From: Oscillospiraceae bacterium | GTDB taxonomy: Bacteria > Bacillota > Clostridia > Oscillospirales > CAG-272 | Assembly: GCA_015063725.1 (NCBI GenBank) | Contig: SVTP01000001.1 | Coordinates: 38,410-102,409, forward strand | Length of the DNA stretch: 64,000 bases | Direction of reading: 5' to 3' | Part shown: piece by piece, positions 1 to 9,596 of the stretch | Numbering within the stretch: the first letter of the stretch is position 1 | Layout: the number at the start of each line of letters is the position of its first letter | Made by a program: the position numbers and the translations under genes | Notes under the pieces: generated by a model | Told to the model about the DNA's origin: nothing | Seen by the model: the letters and a program-made list of their open reading frames with translations, nothing else | The model's database searches: none

Positions 1-908
1 AAGGCAACTTTGACGATGCACAAACCGGTGTAAAGGTCATTTTCGGTGACGATACGATGGTGCAAAAGCTGAACGAGAACGGCTATTTCTTCTCTTCCGC
101 CAACTCCATCAACTGGGGACGTCTTGCTCCGCAGATCGTGTATTACGTATCCGCTTACTGCGATCTGCTCACCGAGGGCAAGTGTCACGCAGGCGATCCC
201 TTTAACGTTTGTGTTCCCACAGGCAACTTTGGCAACATCTTTGCCGCATACATTGCAAAATTGATGGGACTGCCGATCAACAAACTGATCTGTGCATCCA
301 ATGCGAACAATATCCTCACAGACTTTTTGCGCACCGGTACTTACGATCGCAACCGCGATTTTTATCTGACGATGTCTCCCTCGATGGATATTCTCATCTC
401 GAGCAACCTTGAGCGTCTGCTCTACTTCACCGCCGGCAGTGAAAAGACGGCTGACTATATGAAGCGGTTGAATACAAACGGTGTATACCACGTTGATGCC
501 GATGTTTTTGCAAAGCTCAGCGAAAACTTTGTTGGCTACTTTGCAGATGAAGAAACAACTGCCAATACCATCTGCAACTGTTGGGAGCAATACGGCTACC
601 TTGCCGATACGCACACTGCAGTCGCTATTTCTGCCGCAGAGCAATATATCAAAGAAAGTGGAGATATGCTCCCGATGGTCATCGACTCGACCGCAAGCCC
701 TTATAAGTTTGCCAACAACGTTTACCGCGCTGTTACAAAGAACGAGCCAGAGAGCGATCTTGCCGCTCTGGATGCTCTCGCCGAGGCGACAAGCACCGCT
801 ATTCCCTATCCTCTCTGCGGTCTTGCACAAAGAAAGGTCCGTTTTGATAAGGTAGTTGCAAAAGAAGAAATGGCTGCGGCTGTTCTTGAATATCTCGGCA
901 TCGAATAA
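1..908 (+). CDS. thrC: threonine synthase, C-terminal ~300 aa (5' end outside window)
   Basis: Frame 3 is open from nt 3 (GNFDDAQTGVKVIFGDD...) into ORF 57..908. The segments SANSINWGRLAPQIVYY, PTGNFGNI and DSTASPYKF are typical of PLP-dependent threonine synthase. Stop TAA at 906-908. Confidence 0.9.
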   Translation, partial: GNFDDAQTGVKVIFGDDTMVQKLNENGYFFSSANSINWGRLAPQIVYYVSAYCDLLTEGKCHAGDPFNVCVPTGNFGNIFAAYIAKLMGLPINKLICASNANNILTDFLRTGTYDRNRDFYLTMSPSMDILISSNLERLLYFTAGSEKTADYMKRLNTNGVYHVDADVFAKLSENFVGYFADEETTANTICNCWEQYGYLADTHTAVAISAAEQYIKESGDMLPMVIDSTASPYKFANNVYRAVTKNEPESDLAALDALAEATSTAIPYPLCGLAQRKVRFDKVVAKEEMAAAVLEYLGIE

Positions 909-924
909 GGCAAAAATAAAAGGA

Positions 925-946
925 CGGCACTGCAATTGCAATGCCG
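925..946 (-). terminator. hairpin terminator after the DUF1540 gene (between convergent thrC and DUF1540)
   Basis: CGGCACTGCAATTGCAATGCCG is a near-perfect palindrome. The T-rich run (TCCTTTTATTTTTG) follows on the minus strand. Confidence 0.55.
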
Positions 947-962
947 CCCCCCCGACGGAGTT

Positions 963-1148
963 TTAGAATTCCTTGGGCTTGAATGTTGCGCAGAGTGTAT
1001 CACCGGATGTGGATGCATTGTGAGGTCCTACGGCGATCTCATTTGCGGTGCAATGGGTATCACAATCGTGATAGTAGCAATTTTGTACGTTGCACTTGAT
1101 CCCCTTGATGTGCTTGCCGCAGCAATCCTCGTGCTTCTTCATTTCCAT
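963..1148 (-). CDS. DUF1540-like small cysteine-rich protein
   Basis: Product is MEMKKHEDCCGKHIKGIKCNVQNCYYHDCDTHCTANEIAVG... The C-x-V-x-N-C-x-Y-H / C-x-A-x-x-I pattern is the one I associate with DUF1540. Start moved to ATG 1148 because a GGGGGA RBS lies ~8 nt upstream. A hairpin follows the stop. Confidence 0.6.
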   Translation of the reverse strand: MEMKKHEDCCGKHIKGIKCNVQNCYYHDCDTHCTANEIAVGPHNASTSGDTLCATFKPKEF

Positions 1149-1253
1149 TTTTCTTTTCCCCCTTGCGGTTTTGTGCAAAAGACTGTGTTCTTTCGCTGAA
1201 ATTAGTTTTTCCGCAAAAGCGTAAATTTATACACTTTGAAAGGAGGTCCATTT

Positions 1254-1976
1254 GTGGCACTTTTCGTCATAGCCGATCTGCATCTGTCATCGGACGGTTC
1301 AAAATCTATGGAAAAATTCGGTTCGAGATGGACCGACTATATGGGACGGCTCAAAAAGAATTGGCATGCCGTTGTACATCCCGAGGATACCGTGATCATT
1401 CCCGGTGATATTTCCTGGAGCCTCAAGCTTGAGGAATCACTGGAAGATTTTCGTTTTTTGAATGCTTTGCCCGGCAAAAAGCTGATTGGCAAGGGCAACC
1501 ACGATTTTTGGTGGTCGACCGCCAGCAAAATGAAGGCTTTTTTCGCAGAAAACGAGCTTAATACAATCGACATTCTTTACAACAACGCCTATGACATGGG
1601 AGACTGCATTGTATGCGGAACTCGCGGCTGGTTTGTTGAGGAATCACAGCAGAACACGGTAGGAACAGTCGATTACAGTCGCATCATCAACCGCGAGATC
1701 ATTCGCTTACGTATGAGCCTTGACGAAGCCGTCCGGCTGCGCGGTGAGAGTGAGAAGCCGATCCTTCTCTTTTTCCACTTCCCGCCCGTTTGGTGCGATT
1801 TTGTTTGCCGTGAGATTCTGGACGTATTACACGAATACAATATTACAACCTGTTATCACGGACATATTCACGGCATGTACGGTGTGCCGCGAAAAATGCA
1901 ATATGAAGGCATTGACTTCATTATGTGTGCTGCCGATCACCTGCTTTTCTCCCCTTTGCCCGTTTTTTTGCCGTAA
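1254..1976 (+). CDS. metallophosphoesterase family protein
   Basis: VIADLHLS, PGDISW and GNHDFWW are calcineurin-like phosphoesterase motifs. Start set to GTG 1254, 7 nt after an AGGAGG RBS (1241-1246). Confidence 0.75.
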   Translation: MALFVIADLHLSSDGSKSMEKFGSRWTDYMGRLKKNWHAVVHPEDTVIIPGDISWSLKLEESLEDFRFLNALPGKKLIGKGNHDFWWSTASKMKAFFAENELNTIDILYNNAYDMGDCIVCGTRGWFVEESQQNTVGTVDYSRIINREIIRLRMSLDEAVRLRGESEKPILLFFHFPPVWCDFVCREILDVLHEYNITTCYHGHIHGMYGVPRKMQYEGIDFIMCAADHLLFSPLPVFLP

Positions 1977-2023
1977 AAGTATAATTAAAATGAAGTTTTG
2001 TACTTGAAATTTTGCAAAATCTA

Positions 2024-2052
2024 TTGACAAAATGCAAAAAAAATTATAAAAT
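2024..2052 (+). promoter_or_regulatory. sigma-A-type promoter of tig: TTGACA-17-TAAAAT
   Basis: TTGACA at 2024-2029, 17-nt spacer, TAAAAT at 2047-2052, ~50 nt upstream of the tig ATG. Confidence 0.6.
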
Positions 2053-2102
2053 ATTATCTGTATGTAAAAAAATTACCATAAACCATTTGGAGGACATTTG
2101 AA

Positions 2103-3380
2103 ATGAGTTTGATCAAATCCACAAAAGCCGAAAAGAGCACCTATAAGTTGGAGTTCTCGGTAGATAAGGCTACCTTTGATAAGGCAGTATCCAATTCCTA
2201 CCGCAAGCAAGTCGGCAAAATCGCAGTTCCCGGCTTCCGCAAGGGCAAGGCTCCCCGTTCTGTTATCGAAAAGATGTACGGCAAGGGATTCTTCTATGAA
2301 GATGCTATCAATGAGGTTCTTCCCGATGCTTTTGACGAAGCACTGAAGGAATCCAAGCTGGACATGGTTGGCCAGCCTGAGTTTGATGTCGTTTCTATCG
2401 ACGATAACGGCGTTGTGCTGTCTGCTATCGTTGCAGTGAAGCCCAACGTAAAGATTGCTGATTACCTTGGCATCGAGGCTGAAAAGACCGTTGCTGAAGT
2501 TACCGACGAAGAAGTTGAAAACGAGATCAACACCGTTCGTGAGCGCAACTCTCGCGAGATCGAGGTTACCGACGCTGCAGCCGTTATGGGCGACGTTTGC
2601 CACATCAACTACGAAGGCTTTGTTGACGGTGTTGCATTTGAAGGCGGCAAGGGCGAGGACTATCCCCTCAAGCTCGGCTCCGGCAACTTTATTCCCGGCT
2701 TTGAAGAAGAGATCGTTGGTCACAAGGTTGGCGAAGATTTTGACGTAAACGTTACCTTCCCCACCGAGTACCACGCAAAAGAGCTTGCAGGCAAGCCCGC
2801 TGTATTCAAGACCACCATCCTCAAGATCAAGCACATTGAGCTTCCCGAGCTTGACGATGATTTTGCAAAAGACGTTTCTGAATTTGATACGATCGATGAA
2901 TATCGCGCTGACGTAAAGGCAAAAATTGCTAAGAGACATGAAACCGAAGCCGATAACCGTTTTGAATCTGCTATTCTTGACACCTTGATTGAGAAGCTGG
3001 AAGCAGACATTCCCGAAGCTATGTTTGTAGCTGAGACCGAGAACTTTGTTCGCGACTATGACAACCGTCTGCGCATGCAAGGTCTCGACCTCAAGACCTA
3101 CTTCCAATACACCGGTATGACTCTTGATCAGCTCCGTGAGTCCCTCAGACCTCAGGCTGAAAAGCAAGTTAAGCTCCGTTTGGCTCTTGAGAAGATTGCA
3201 AAGACTGAAAAGCTCAAGGCTACCAAGACCGAGATCAATGCTGAGTACAAGAGAATTGCTGACGAGTACCAAATGGAAGTTGAAAAGGTGCGCGAGCTGA
3301 TTCCGGAAAACTCTATCGCTGAGGATATGAAGGTCAAAAAGGCGATGGATCTGGTTAAAGAGAACGCAATTATTAAGTAA
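2103..3380 (+). CDS. tig: trigger factor (ribosome-associated PPIase chaperone)
   Basis: 425 aa. N-terminal ribosome-binding region contains GFRKGKAP. FKBP domain has FEGG...IPGFEEEIVGHKVGE. RBS GGAGG; tig-clpP-clpX gene order. Confidence 0.97.
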   Translation: MSLIKSTKAEKSTYKLEFSVDKATFDKAVSNSYRKQVGKIAVPGFRKGKAPRSVIEKMYGKGFFYEDAINEVLPDAFDEALKESKLDMVGQPEFDVVSIDDNGVVLSAIVAVKPNVKIADYLGIEAEKTVAEVTDEEVENEINTVRERNSREIEVTDAAAVMGDVCHINYEGFVDGVAFEGGKGEDYPLKLGSGNFIPGFEEEIVGHKVGEDFDVNVTFPTEYHAKELAGKPAVFKTTILKIKHIELPELDDDFAKDVSEFDTIDEYRADVKAKIAKRHETEADNRFESAILDTLIEKLEADIPEAMFVAETENFVRDYDNRLRMQGLDLKTYFQYTGMTLDQLRESLRPQAEKQVKLRLALEKIAKTEKLKATKTEINAEYKRIADEYQMEVEKVRELIPENSIAEDMKVKKAMDLVKENAIIK

Positions 3381-3398
3381 GAACTCTTCATTCTATTT

Positions 3399-3430
3399 GA
3401 ACCGGAAGTCGCATCTGCTATTTCCGGTTC
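3399..3430 (+). terminator. hairpin between tig and clpP (terminator/attenuator)
   Basis: GAACCGGAA-N14-TTCCGGTTC followed by ATTATTT. Confidence 0.5.
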
Positions 3431-3461
3431 ATTATTTCATCAGAAAAGAGGTATTTGATTT

Positions 3462-4073
3462 ATGTTCGATCCCAAACTTTACACACAGGATGCCCTCGTT
3501 CCCATGGTTGTAGAACAAACTAGCCGCGGTGAGCGCTCCTACGATATCTTCTCGCGCCTGCTCAATGACCGCGTGATCTTCCTCTCCGATCAGGTCAATG
3601 ACACCATCGCTTCCCTGGTTGTGGCGCAAATGCTCTTTTTGGAAGCACAGGATCCCGATAAGGATATTTCCTTCTATATCAACTCCCCCGGCGGCAGTGT
3701 CAGTGCAGGTATGGCAATTTATGACACGATGAACTTCATTAAGTGTGATGTTTCTACCATTTGCATCGGTATGGCTGCAAGCATGGGTGCGTTCCTGCTC
3801 TCCGCTGGCGCCAAGGGTAAGCGTTTTGCTCTGCCTCACAGTGAGATCATGATCCACCAACCTCTGGGCGGCGCGAAAGGTCAGGCAACCGACATTGAAA
3901 TTCAGGCAAAGCAGATTTTGCGCATTAAGGCAACGCTCAATGACATTCTTGCCGCAAACACCGGAAAGCCCCTGGAGATCATTGAAAAGGACACCGACCG
4001 AGATAACTATATGACCGCACAAGAAGCGCTCGATTACGGACTGATCGACAAGATTCTCACCCATCGCCCCTGA
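3462..4073 (+). CDS. clpP: ATP-dependent Clp protease proteolytic subunit
   Basis: 203 aa with [25 protein letters not shown] (active-site Ser) and IMIHQPLGG (His). Confidence 0.97.
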   Translation: MFDPKLYTQDALVPMVVEQTSRGERSYDIFSRLLNDRVIFLSDQVNDTIASLVVAQMLFLEAQDPDKDISFYINSPGGSVSAGMAIYDTMNFIKCDVSTICIGMAASMGAFLLSAGAKGKRFALPHSEIMIHQPLGGAKGQATDIEIQAKQILRIKATLNDILAANTGKPLEIIEKDTDRDNYMTAQEALDYGLIDKILTHRP

Positions 4074-4102
4074 CGATTTTTTGAAAGGATTTTTATCACC
4101 CT

Positions 4103-5416
4103 ATGGCAAACAAAAATAACGCAAACGGCGATCATCTGCGTCACTGTTCCTTTTGCGGAAGGAATGAGCATCAGGTCACATTCTTGATCCCCTCGCAGTC
4201 GGGCGCATACATTTGTGACCTTTGTGTGGAGCAATGCAGTGACCTTATTGAACAGATCGACACGCACGTGCCCGGTCTTGACAGTGGCAAAATGTCACTC
4301 TCTGAGCTTCCCCGCCCAATAGAGATTAAGGAAGAGCTTGATAAATACGTCATTGGGCAGGATGAGGCGAAGGTTGCCCTTTCGGTTGCCGTTTACAATC
4401 ACTACAAGCGCATTTTGACGATGCAAGCCAAAAAGCCCAAGAAAAAGGCAAAAAAGAATGAGATCCAAGAGCCGGAAACAAATGAAGAAGAGATCGAGCT
4501 CCAAAAAAGCAACGTACTCCTCTTAGGTCCTACGGGTGTTGGTAAAACTTATCTTGCCCAAACGCTTGCAAAAACACTTAAGGTTCCCTTTGCTATTGCC
4601 GATGCCACCACACTTACCGAAGCAGGCTACGTTGGCGAGGACGTTGAAAACATCCTTTTGCGACTGATTCAAGCGGCAGATTTTGATATTGAGCTTGCTG
4701 AGCGCGGTATTATTTACATTGATGAGATCGACAAGATCTCCCGCAAGAGCGAAAATCGCTCCATTACTCGCGACGTGTCGGGCGAAGGTGTCCAACAGGC
4801 GCTTTTGAAAATTCTGGAAGGCACTGTCTCCAACGTTCCCCCACAAGGTGGACGCAAGCACCCCAACCAGGAGTTCATTCAAATCGATACCAAGAACATC
4901 CTCTTTATTTGCGGCGGAGCGTTTGACGGGCTGGAGCAGATCATTCAAAAGAGAAAAGGCAGCCAAACCATCGGCTTTAGCGGTGAGATTAAGACAAAGT
5001 CCGAACGCAAGGACAGCGGCATTTACCGAGACGTTGTTGCGCACGACATTGTTAAGTACGGTCTTATCCCCGAGCTGGTTGGCCGTATCCCTGTGATGGT
5101 AGCCCTGAATGACCTTGATAAGGATGCTTTGGTGCGCATCCTTACAGAGCCTCGCAGCTCCCTGACCAAGCAGTATGTAAAGCTGTTTGAAATGGACGGC
5201 GTTAAGCTCGTCTTTACTCCCGAATCCTTGGAGGCGGTTGCATCCTTGGCTCTTGAGAGACATACAGGCGCGCGCGGCTTGCGTTCCATTTTGGAAAAGG
5301 CTATGACCGAAATTATGTATGAGGTTCCCTCTCGCGATGATATTCTCAGTGTGGAGATCACGCCTGAATGTATCCGCGGCACAGGCAAACCTGTTTACCT
5401 TTTGATCAACGAATAA
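4103..5416 (+). CDS. clpX: ATP-dependent Clp protease ATP-binding subunit ClpX
   Basis: N-terminal zinc ribbon CSFCG...CDLC, Walker [17 protein letters not shown], and a [12 protein letters not shown] pore-loop region. Confidence 0.97.
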   Translation: MANKNNANGDHLRHCSFCGRNEHQVTFLIPSQSGAYICDLCVEQCSDLIEQIDTHVPGLDSGKMSLSELPRPIEIKEELDKYVIGQDEAKVALSVAVYNHYKRILTMQAKKPKKKAKKNEIQEPETNEEEIELQKSNVLLLGPTGVGKTYLAQTLAKTLKVPFAIADATTLTEAGYVGEDVENILLRLIQAADFDIELAERGIIYIDEIDKISRKSENRSITRDVSGEGVQQALLKILEGTVSNVPPQGGRKHPNQEFIQIDTKNILFICGGAFDGLEQIIQKRKGSQTIGFSGEIKTKSERKDSGIYRDVVAHDIVKYGLIPELVGRIPVMVALNDLDKDALVRILTEPRSSLTKQYVKLFEMDGVKLVFTPESLEAVASLALERHTGARGLRSILEKAMTEIMYEVPSRDDILSVEITPECIRGTGKPVYLLINE

Positions 5417-5523
5417 GAAAAAAGCAGTCACATTAGGAGCGTACCCTAAAGGACGGTTTTGCAAGAATACGAAAAATTAGGAACAAAATAAAAAGATAGG
5501 CCAAAAACCTATCAAAAAAGTTT

Positions 5524-5554
5524 AAGGGCTGACGATTGCTTTTCGTCAGCCCTT
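5524..5554. terminator. bidirectional terminator between convergent clpX and the beta-propeller gene
   Basis: AAGGGCTGACG-N9-CGTCAGCCCTT, an 11-bp stem. Confidence 0.7.
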
Positions 5555-5641
5555 GATATTATCAAAGAAATGCCACGAATGGTTAAACCTGTGGCATTTC
5601 CGACAAGTAGTTTTTTTCAAATCATTGGACTCTGTCACCAA

Positions 5642-7555
5642 TTAATCAAAAAGCTTTTCTACCTTAAAGTCGTTGAAGCCGAATATATACATATATCCGT
5701 CTATATAAACACCGCGCATACATGCAGGCTCACCGTCAAGCTGTACGTTAACAAGCTCTACAAGTTTGTACTCGTCGAAATGAAGGAGAATATATCTACT
5801 TACCCCTTTGTCTATTACACCAACGCCCACGAATTGATTTTGACGGTCTATATAATAGGACTTATACTCGGTAGAATAATCCGTATCTTTCAGTTCATAC
5901 GAGCATACGGAACGAACACCGTCCTCGGTTTCCTCATACACTTCAACCTTAAAGCTACTCCAACTATCCCCTCTGCCAATGCCAAGGAGATAACCGTTTC
6001 CAAGGTTGATCAGAGAGGTTGAGAAGCCTTCAATCGTGCCGGTATCTTTATAGGCGATGTTGTTAAGATCGGACAGATCAAAGAAGAATACGGGGTCAGA
6101 AAGTTCGATAGAGGTACAAACGTATGCACTTTCCTTATCGAATCTTACCGACTGAATTTCCTCGCGTGGCGGTGCAAAATCAATTACCGAAGCCACGATC
6201 TCAAAGGTTGAAAGATCGATGCAGTACAAACTTGCGTTAGATTGTCCGGTAGCTGTTTGCAATATCTCGGCAGAAACAGTTCCGTTGCTATGATTCTGTT
6301 CTCTGATGGTTGTTGCATTGGTGGTTGTGAAAACACGAAGAATACCTTCATACTCATCCATGCTCCATTGATCCTTGACGTAACCTCTGACAGTAACATT
6401 TCCTTTTCTTTCAAAGTTATCGCCGCCATAGGTTAGACAAGAAATCTCCGTCATAGAGTTTCTTGTGGTTGTGCCATCCTCGTTTTCCGTTTTATCTGCG
6501 AAAACATGAGTTAAGAATACGTGGTTTTCGGAAACATACACATCCTCTGAATAGGAGAGATATGCTGCTGTCCCCTTGAGGTCAAGTGTATTCGCGTCGA
6601 GCTTCATCACAACAGTATAGCGCGTGTTGCTCAGCTTGTCGGGGGATACGATACCGCTTGCAGGAATGCTATGCGAGCCGTTGCCTTCATCAATTTGAGG
6701 AAGAAATGTGGTCTCATCATCGAAATTAAGTTCTTGCTTGTTGATAACGAACTCAGTTAAAAGCAGAATGTTTCCGTTTGTCATACGGGATGACATATAA
6801 TCACCCGTAATATTGAACTCATCCTTCTTCACAATGTTGACAGGATCGCTGACGTCAAGCGAAATCAAATTCACGCAGCGGTTTGAGTAGCTATCGGTTT
6901 TCGTATAATACTGAGTAACCACCGTCACGGTTTTGCAATCACTTGAAAGATAAAATTCCCATTGATCCAAGTAATCATTTTTACTACCGCCATAGAGAGT
7001 GTAGCTTCCAATCTCTGTTGTATTTTCTTTTTCAATGGAGTAGATGCGAAGCACTTCATTATCGAGATAATAAATATGTTTGTCGCTCCGCTTGATACGG
7101 TCGGCTTCGATAATTCCTTCTACTTGATTGTCGGTGATTTCTTGATAGCCACCTACTCCATTTGTTCCATCCAGCATATCTTCCCCGGGGGCAACAGATT
7201 CTGTTTTTAATCCGCCCAAGGCAATATCTCTAACGCCCAAAGCAATATCTCTAATCCCTGCCCACAACTTTGCCGCATTGTTCTTGTACTTTGGTTGCAC
7301 AAAAGTAAGTACGTTCAACTTCTGAATGAGTCCGTAATACTCACTGTCAGCATAATGCGATACATCGGGTGGAGTGGTGCTAAACGGAATAAAGAGCCAT
7401 AAGTTACAAATAACGAGTGCGAAGCACGCGCAAGCTGCAATGAGGGAAATAACCACCCTATTCCTTTTAGGTTGGATTACATTATCGGGATGTGCCTCAA
7501 CAACGTATTTGTCATCGGCAAGGCTTAAGCCACGATACCAATTCTTTTTCTTCAT
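5642..7555 (-). CDS. membrane-anchored extracytoplasmic beta-propeller-domain protein, sigma-factor-coupled (candidate anti-sigma/sensor)
   Basis: 637 aa with a short cytoplasmic N-terminus and one TM (VVISLIAACACFALVICNLWLFIPF). The long C-terminal region resembles the secreted beta-propeller family (COG4880-like, from memory). Its ATG overlaps the sigma gene stop (ATGA, 7552-7555). Confidence 0.65.
   Translation of the reverse strand: MKKKNWYRGLSLADDKYVVEAHPDNVIQPKRNRVVISLIAACACFALVICNLWLFIPFSTTPPDVSHYADSEYYGLIQKLNVLTFVQPKYKNNAAKLWAGIRDIALGVRDIALGGLKTESVAPGEDMLDGTNGVGGYQEITDNQVEGIIEADRIKRSDKHIYYLDNEVLRIYSIEKENTTEIGSYTLYGGSKNDYLDQWEFYLSSDCKTVTVVTQYYTKTDSYSNRCVNLISLDVSDPVNIVKKDEFNITGDYMSSRMTNGNILLLTEFVINKQELNFDDETTFLPQIDEGNGSHSIPASGIVSPDKLSNTRYTVVMKLDANTLDLKGTAAYLSYSEDVYVSENHVFLTHVFADKTENEDGTTTRNSMTEISCLTYGGDNFERKGNVTVRGYVKDQWSMDEYEGILRVFTTTNATTIREQNHSNGTVSAEILQTATGQSNASLYCIDLSTFEIVASVIDFAPPREEIQSVRFDKESAYVCTSIELSDPVFFFDLSDLNNIAYKDTGTIEGFSTSLINLGNGYLLGIGRGDSWSSFKVEVYEETEDGVRSVCSYELKDTDYSTEYKSYYIDRQNQFVGVGVIDKGVSRYILLHFDEYKLVELVNVQLDGEPACMRGVYIDGYMYIFGFNDFKVEKLFD
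7214..7255. repeat. 21-bp in-frame tandem duplication inside the beta-propeller gene
   Basis: GCCCAAGGCAATATCTCTAAC / GCCCAAAGCAATATCTCTAAT (2 mismatches) encodes IRDIALG-VRDIALG. Confidence 0.9.
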
Positions 7556-8103
7556 ACAAATATCCCTTCCTTCGTAAGATAATCTTTGAATTTACTTCTT
7601 GTTCTATGTAGAATAACACTGACATGACTTTCCGAAAGCTGCATACCGTCAGCAATATCCTTGACACTCATCGAATACCAATATCTACGCATAAATATAA
7701 TGCGAGTACGGACATCAAGGCTTTCAAGGAATCCATTGATTGCCTGCTTCAGTACATATTCATCCTCAATTGAAGCTTTTCCGTTTGGAATACATTCCCA
7801 ATATTCATCAATCGCACTTTTTACTTCTGCTCCGCGTTTTTGTGCGCTGTCATATCTGTATCGGTCGATAGCGATGTTTCGCGTAATACGAGCAAGAAAG
7901 CTTTGCAACCTGGTTGGTCTTTCGGGCGGCATAGCGTTCCATGCTCCGTTCAAAGTATCATTAACGCATTCGTCCGAATCTTCGTGTGAGTGAAGAATAT
8001 TGTATGCAATGGTGTAGCAATATTTACCGTATTTCCGCTCGGTTTCCCGAATAGCGTTTTCATTGCGTTCCCAATATAGCATAACGATTCTTTCATCTTC
8101 CAT
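7552..8103 (-). CDS. RNA polymerase sigma-70 family factor, ECF-like (regions 2 and 4 only)
   Basis: 183 aa. Region 2-like FLARITRNIAIDRYR and region 4 HTH SMSVKDIADGMQLSESHVSVILHRTRSKFKDYL. RBS AAGGAGG upstream. Confidence 0.85.
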   Translation of the reverse strand: MEDERIVMLYWERNENAIRETERKYGKYCYTIAYNILHSHEDSDECVNDTLNGAWNAMPPERPTRLQSFLARITRNIAIDRYRYDSAQKRGAEVKSAIDEYWECIPNGKASIEDEYVLKQAINGFLESLDVRTRIIFMRRYWYSMSVKDIADGMQLSESHVSVILHRTRSKFKDYLTKEGIFV

Positions 8104-8223
8104 ATAGTCACCTCCTTACGCCGTTCCTAAAGGCCTTTCACCTATATAGTCGAAAAAACAACTCAATATCTTACAGTATGAAGGAATTTTTTGGCTTGCA
8201 AAATCCTTTCTTGTAGATGCTTT

Positions 8224-8252
8224 ATTATATCATATTTTTATCAACTTTTCAA
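8224..8252 (-). promoter_or_regulatory. promoter of the ECF-like sigma operon: TTGAAA-17-TATAAT with TATGa extended -10
   Basis: Read on the minus strand: TTGAAA (8252..8247), 17-nt spacer, TATAAT (8229..8224). Leaves a ~120-nt leader. Confidence 0.55.
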
Positions 8253-8448
8253 TCTTTTCGGCTTTATTTGCTTTCTGCGATTCAAATTTTGACGGGCTTA
8301 CCGCTTTATTTGGTCATCTTTTTCGCTTTGTAGAATCAGTATCTATTCCTCAAAAGGCAACAGTTTTCTACTTTTACGGAGCACTATAGGTATACTTTTT
8401 CTTTCGTCATACTCTTATGTTATTCAGTTAAGGTTTCAAAAGAAAAAC

Positions 8449-8473
8449 ACGAGGAACACCGAAATGTCCTCGT
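8449..8473 (-). terminator. terminator downstream of the Cys-rich gene
   Basis: ACGAGGA-N11-TCCTCGT, followed on the minus strand by GTTTTTCTTTTG. Confidence 0.45.
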
Positions 8474-8571
8474 ATTTTTCTTCGCCTTCGCAATGCTCGT
8501 AAATTCTGAATCCTCGAAACTAACCTTAAGGGTACGAAGCATTGAGACTGCTTTTTGGTTTTCAGGGTTTA

Positions 8572-9453
8572 TCAACTGTTGCAACCGCATCTGCCGTGAT
8601 GCTCATGGCGATCATTCAGTTGCGGTATAGGTGTGCTTTGCGCGCAGAACTCGCCCGTTGGGAACGGCATATTGCGGAATACGCGGCAAGGATCGTCTTC
8701 TTCTACGGGTACACATTCCTTTTCGGGAATACAGTATTCGGTAGCCTGAATAAGATACTGCGCAGAGCGGACAATGCGAATGACCGAGAAAATGCCGAGG
8801 GATACTGTCAGGTAACGCTCGCCTCTGCCGTCACCACCGCCAAATCCACCAAAGCAGATGGGAGCTTCCATGCAGGAATGCACATGCTTCGGAAAATCCC
8901 CTTCGCAGCAGCAACAGCAGCAGTTGCACTCGCTGACGCGTTCTACGATACGCGTTCCCAGAAGAACGGGAGAAACCACCTCAACGATTGCGGTAGGCTC
9001 GTTTTCTTCCTCGCTTTCAGCAGGGGTGCAGCCACAGAAGTTCTCACCCGCCACGCCGTGGCTCTTGAAAACGCTGACGTTGCTCTCGCCACCGTAAAGG
9101 ATCACGCGCTTTTCGAGGACAGCAATACCCTCGATTTCTTGCGAGCGTCCTGCACAAACGCAAGCCTCAAATACAAGCTTTACGTAAAAACGAATGTTGA
9201 CCGAGTAAAATCCGCGGTTGAAGCGAACAGGGTCAATGTCGATACACGTCCAAACAATTTTTGCACTCTTGGCACGAATCGTGCTTGTGCGTTCCAAAAC
9301 TTCATTGCCAAAATCCGAAAGATAAACGCGCGCATTTTCAAAGCAATCGCGGTCGCGGCAGGAATCCAGAACGCGACTGGTATCAATGCAGACGGTCTCA
9401 CGGCCGGGATTACACCCGGGCACGCAAGAAAATTTATTTTCTGCCATAGCCAA
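8572..9453 (-). CDS. cysteine-rich protein of unknown function (25 Cys in 293 aa, CCCCCC run)
   Basis: Strong RBS AAGGAGA 7 nt before ATG 9453. A minus-strand hairpin terminator lies downstream (8449-8473). The overlapping plus-strand ORF 8542..9624 lacks an RBS and looks like antisense noise. No family recognised. Confidence 0.7.
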   Translation of the reverse strand: MAMAENKFSCVPGCNPGRETVCIDTSRVLDSCRDRDCFENARVYLSDFGNEVLERTSTIRAKSAKIVWTCIDIDPVRFNRGFYSVNIRFYVKLVFEACVCAGRSQEIEGIAVLEKRVILYGGESNVSVFKSHGVAGENFCGCTPAESEEENEPTAIVEVVSPVLLGTRIVERVSECNCCCCCCEGDFPKHVHSCMEAPICFGGFGGGDGRGERYLTVSLGIFSVIRIVRSAQYLIQATEYCIPEKECVPVEEDDPCRVFRNMPFPTGEFCAQSTPIPQLNDRHEHHGRCGCNS

Positions 9454-9596
9454 ATCTCCTTTGATGATAATTTCAGAGAACTACTCTCTTTGCTAATATT
9501 CTATGCCGAGCGCCGTGAATTGACACCCAAATCTTCCTTTTTTCGACCAAATCGTTTTTTTATTTGTTTTCCCAAAGAAAATTCGGCATTTTCCTC

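Noticed and set aside
2073-3272. A 399-aa minus-strand ORF.
   Set aside because: It is antisense to tig, with no start context.
3381-3461. CtsR boxes or CIRCE (TTAGCACTC-N9-GAGTGCTAA) upstream of clpP, clpX and the clpE-type gene.
   Set aside because: No match found in these regions or anywhere else I read. Only the degenerate tandem upstream of mcsA was seen, and it is reported as a low-confidence observation.
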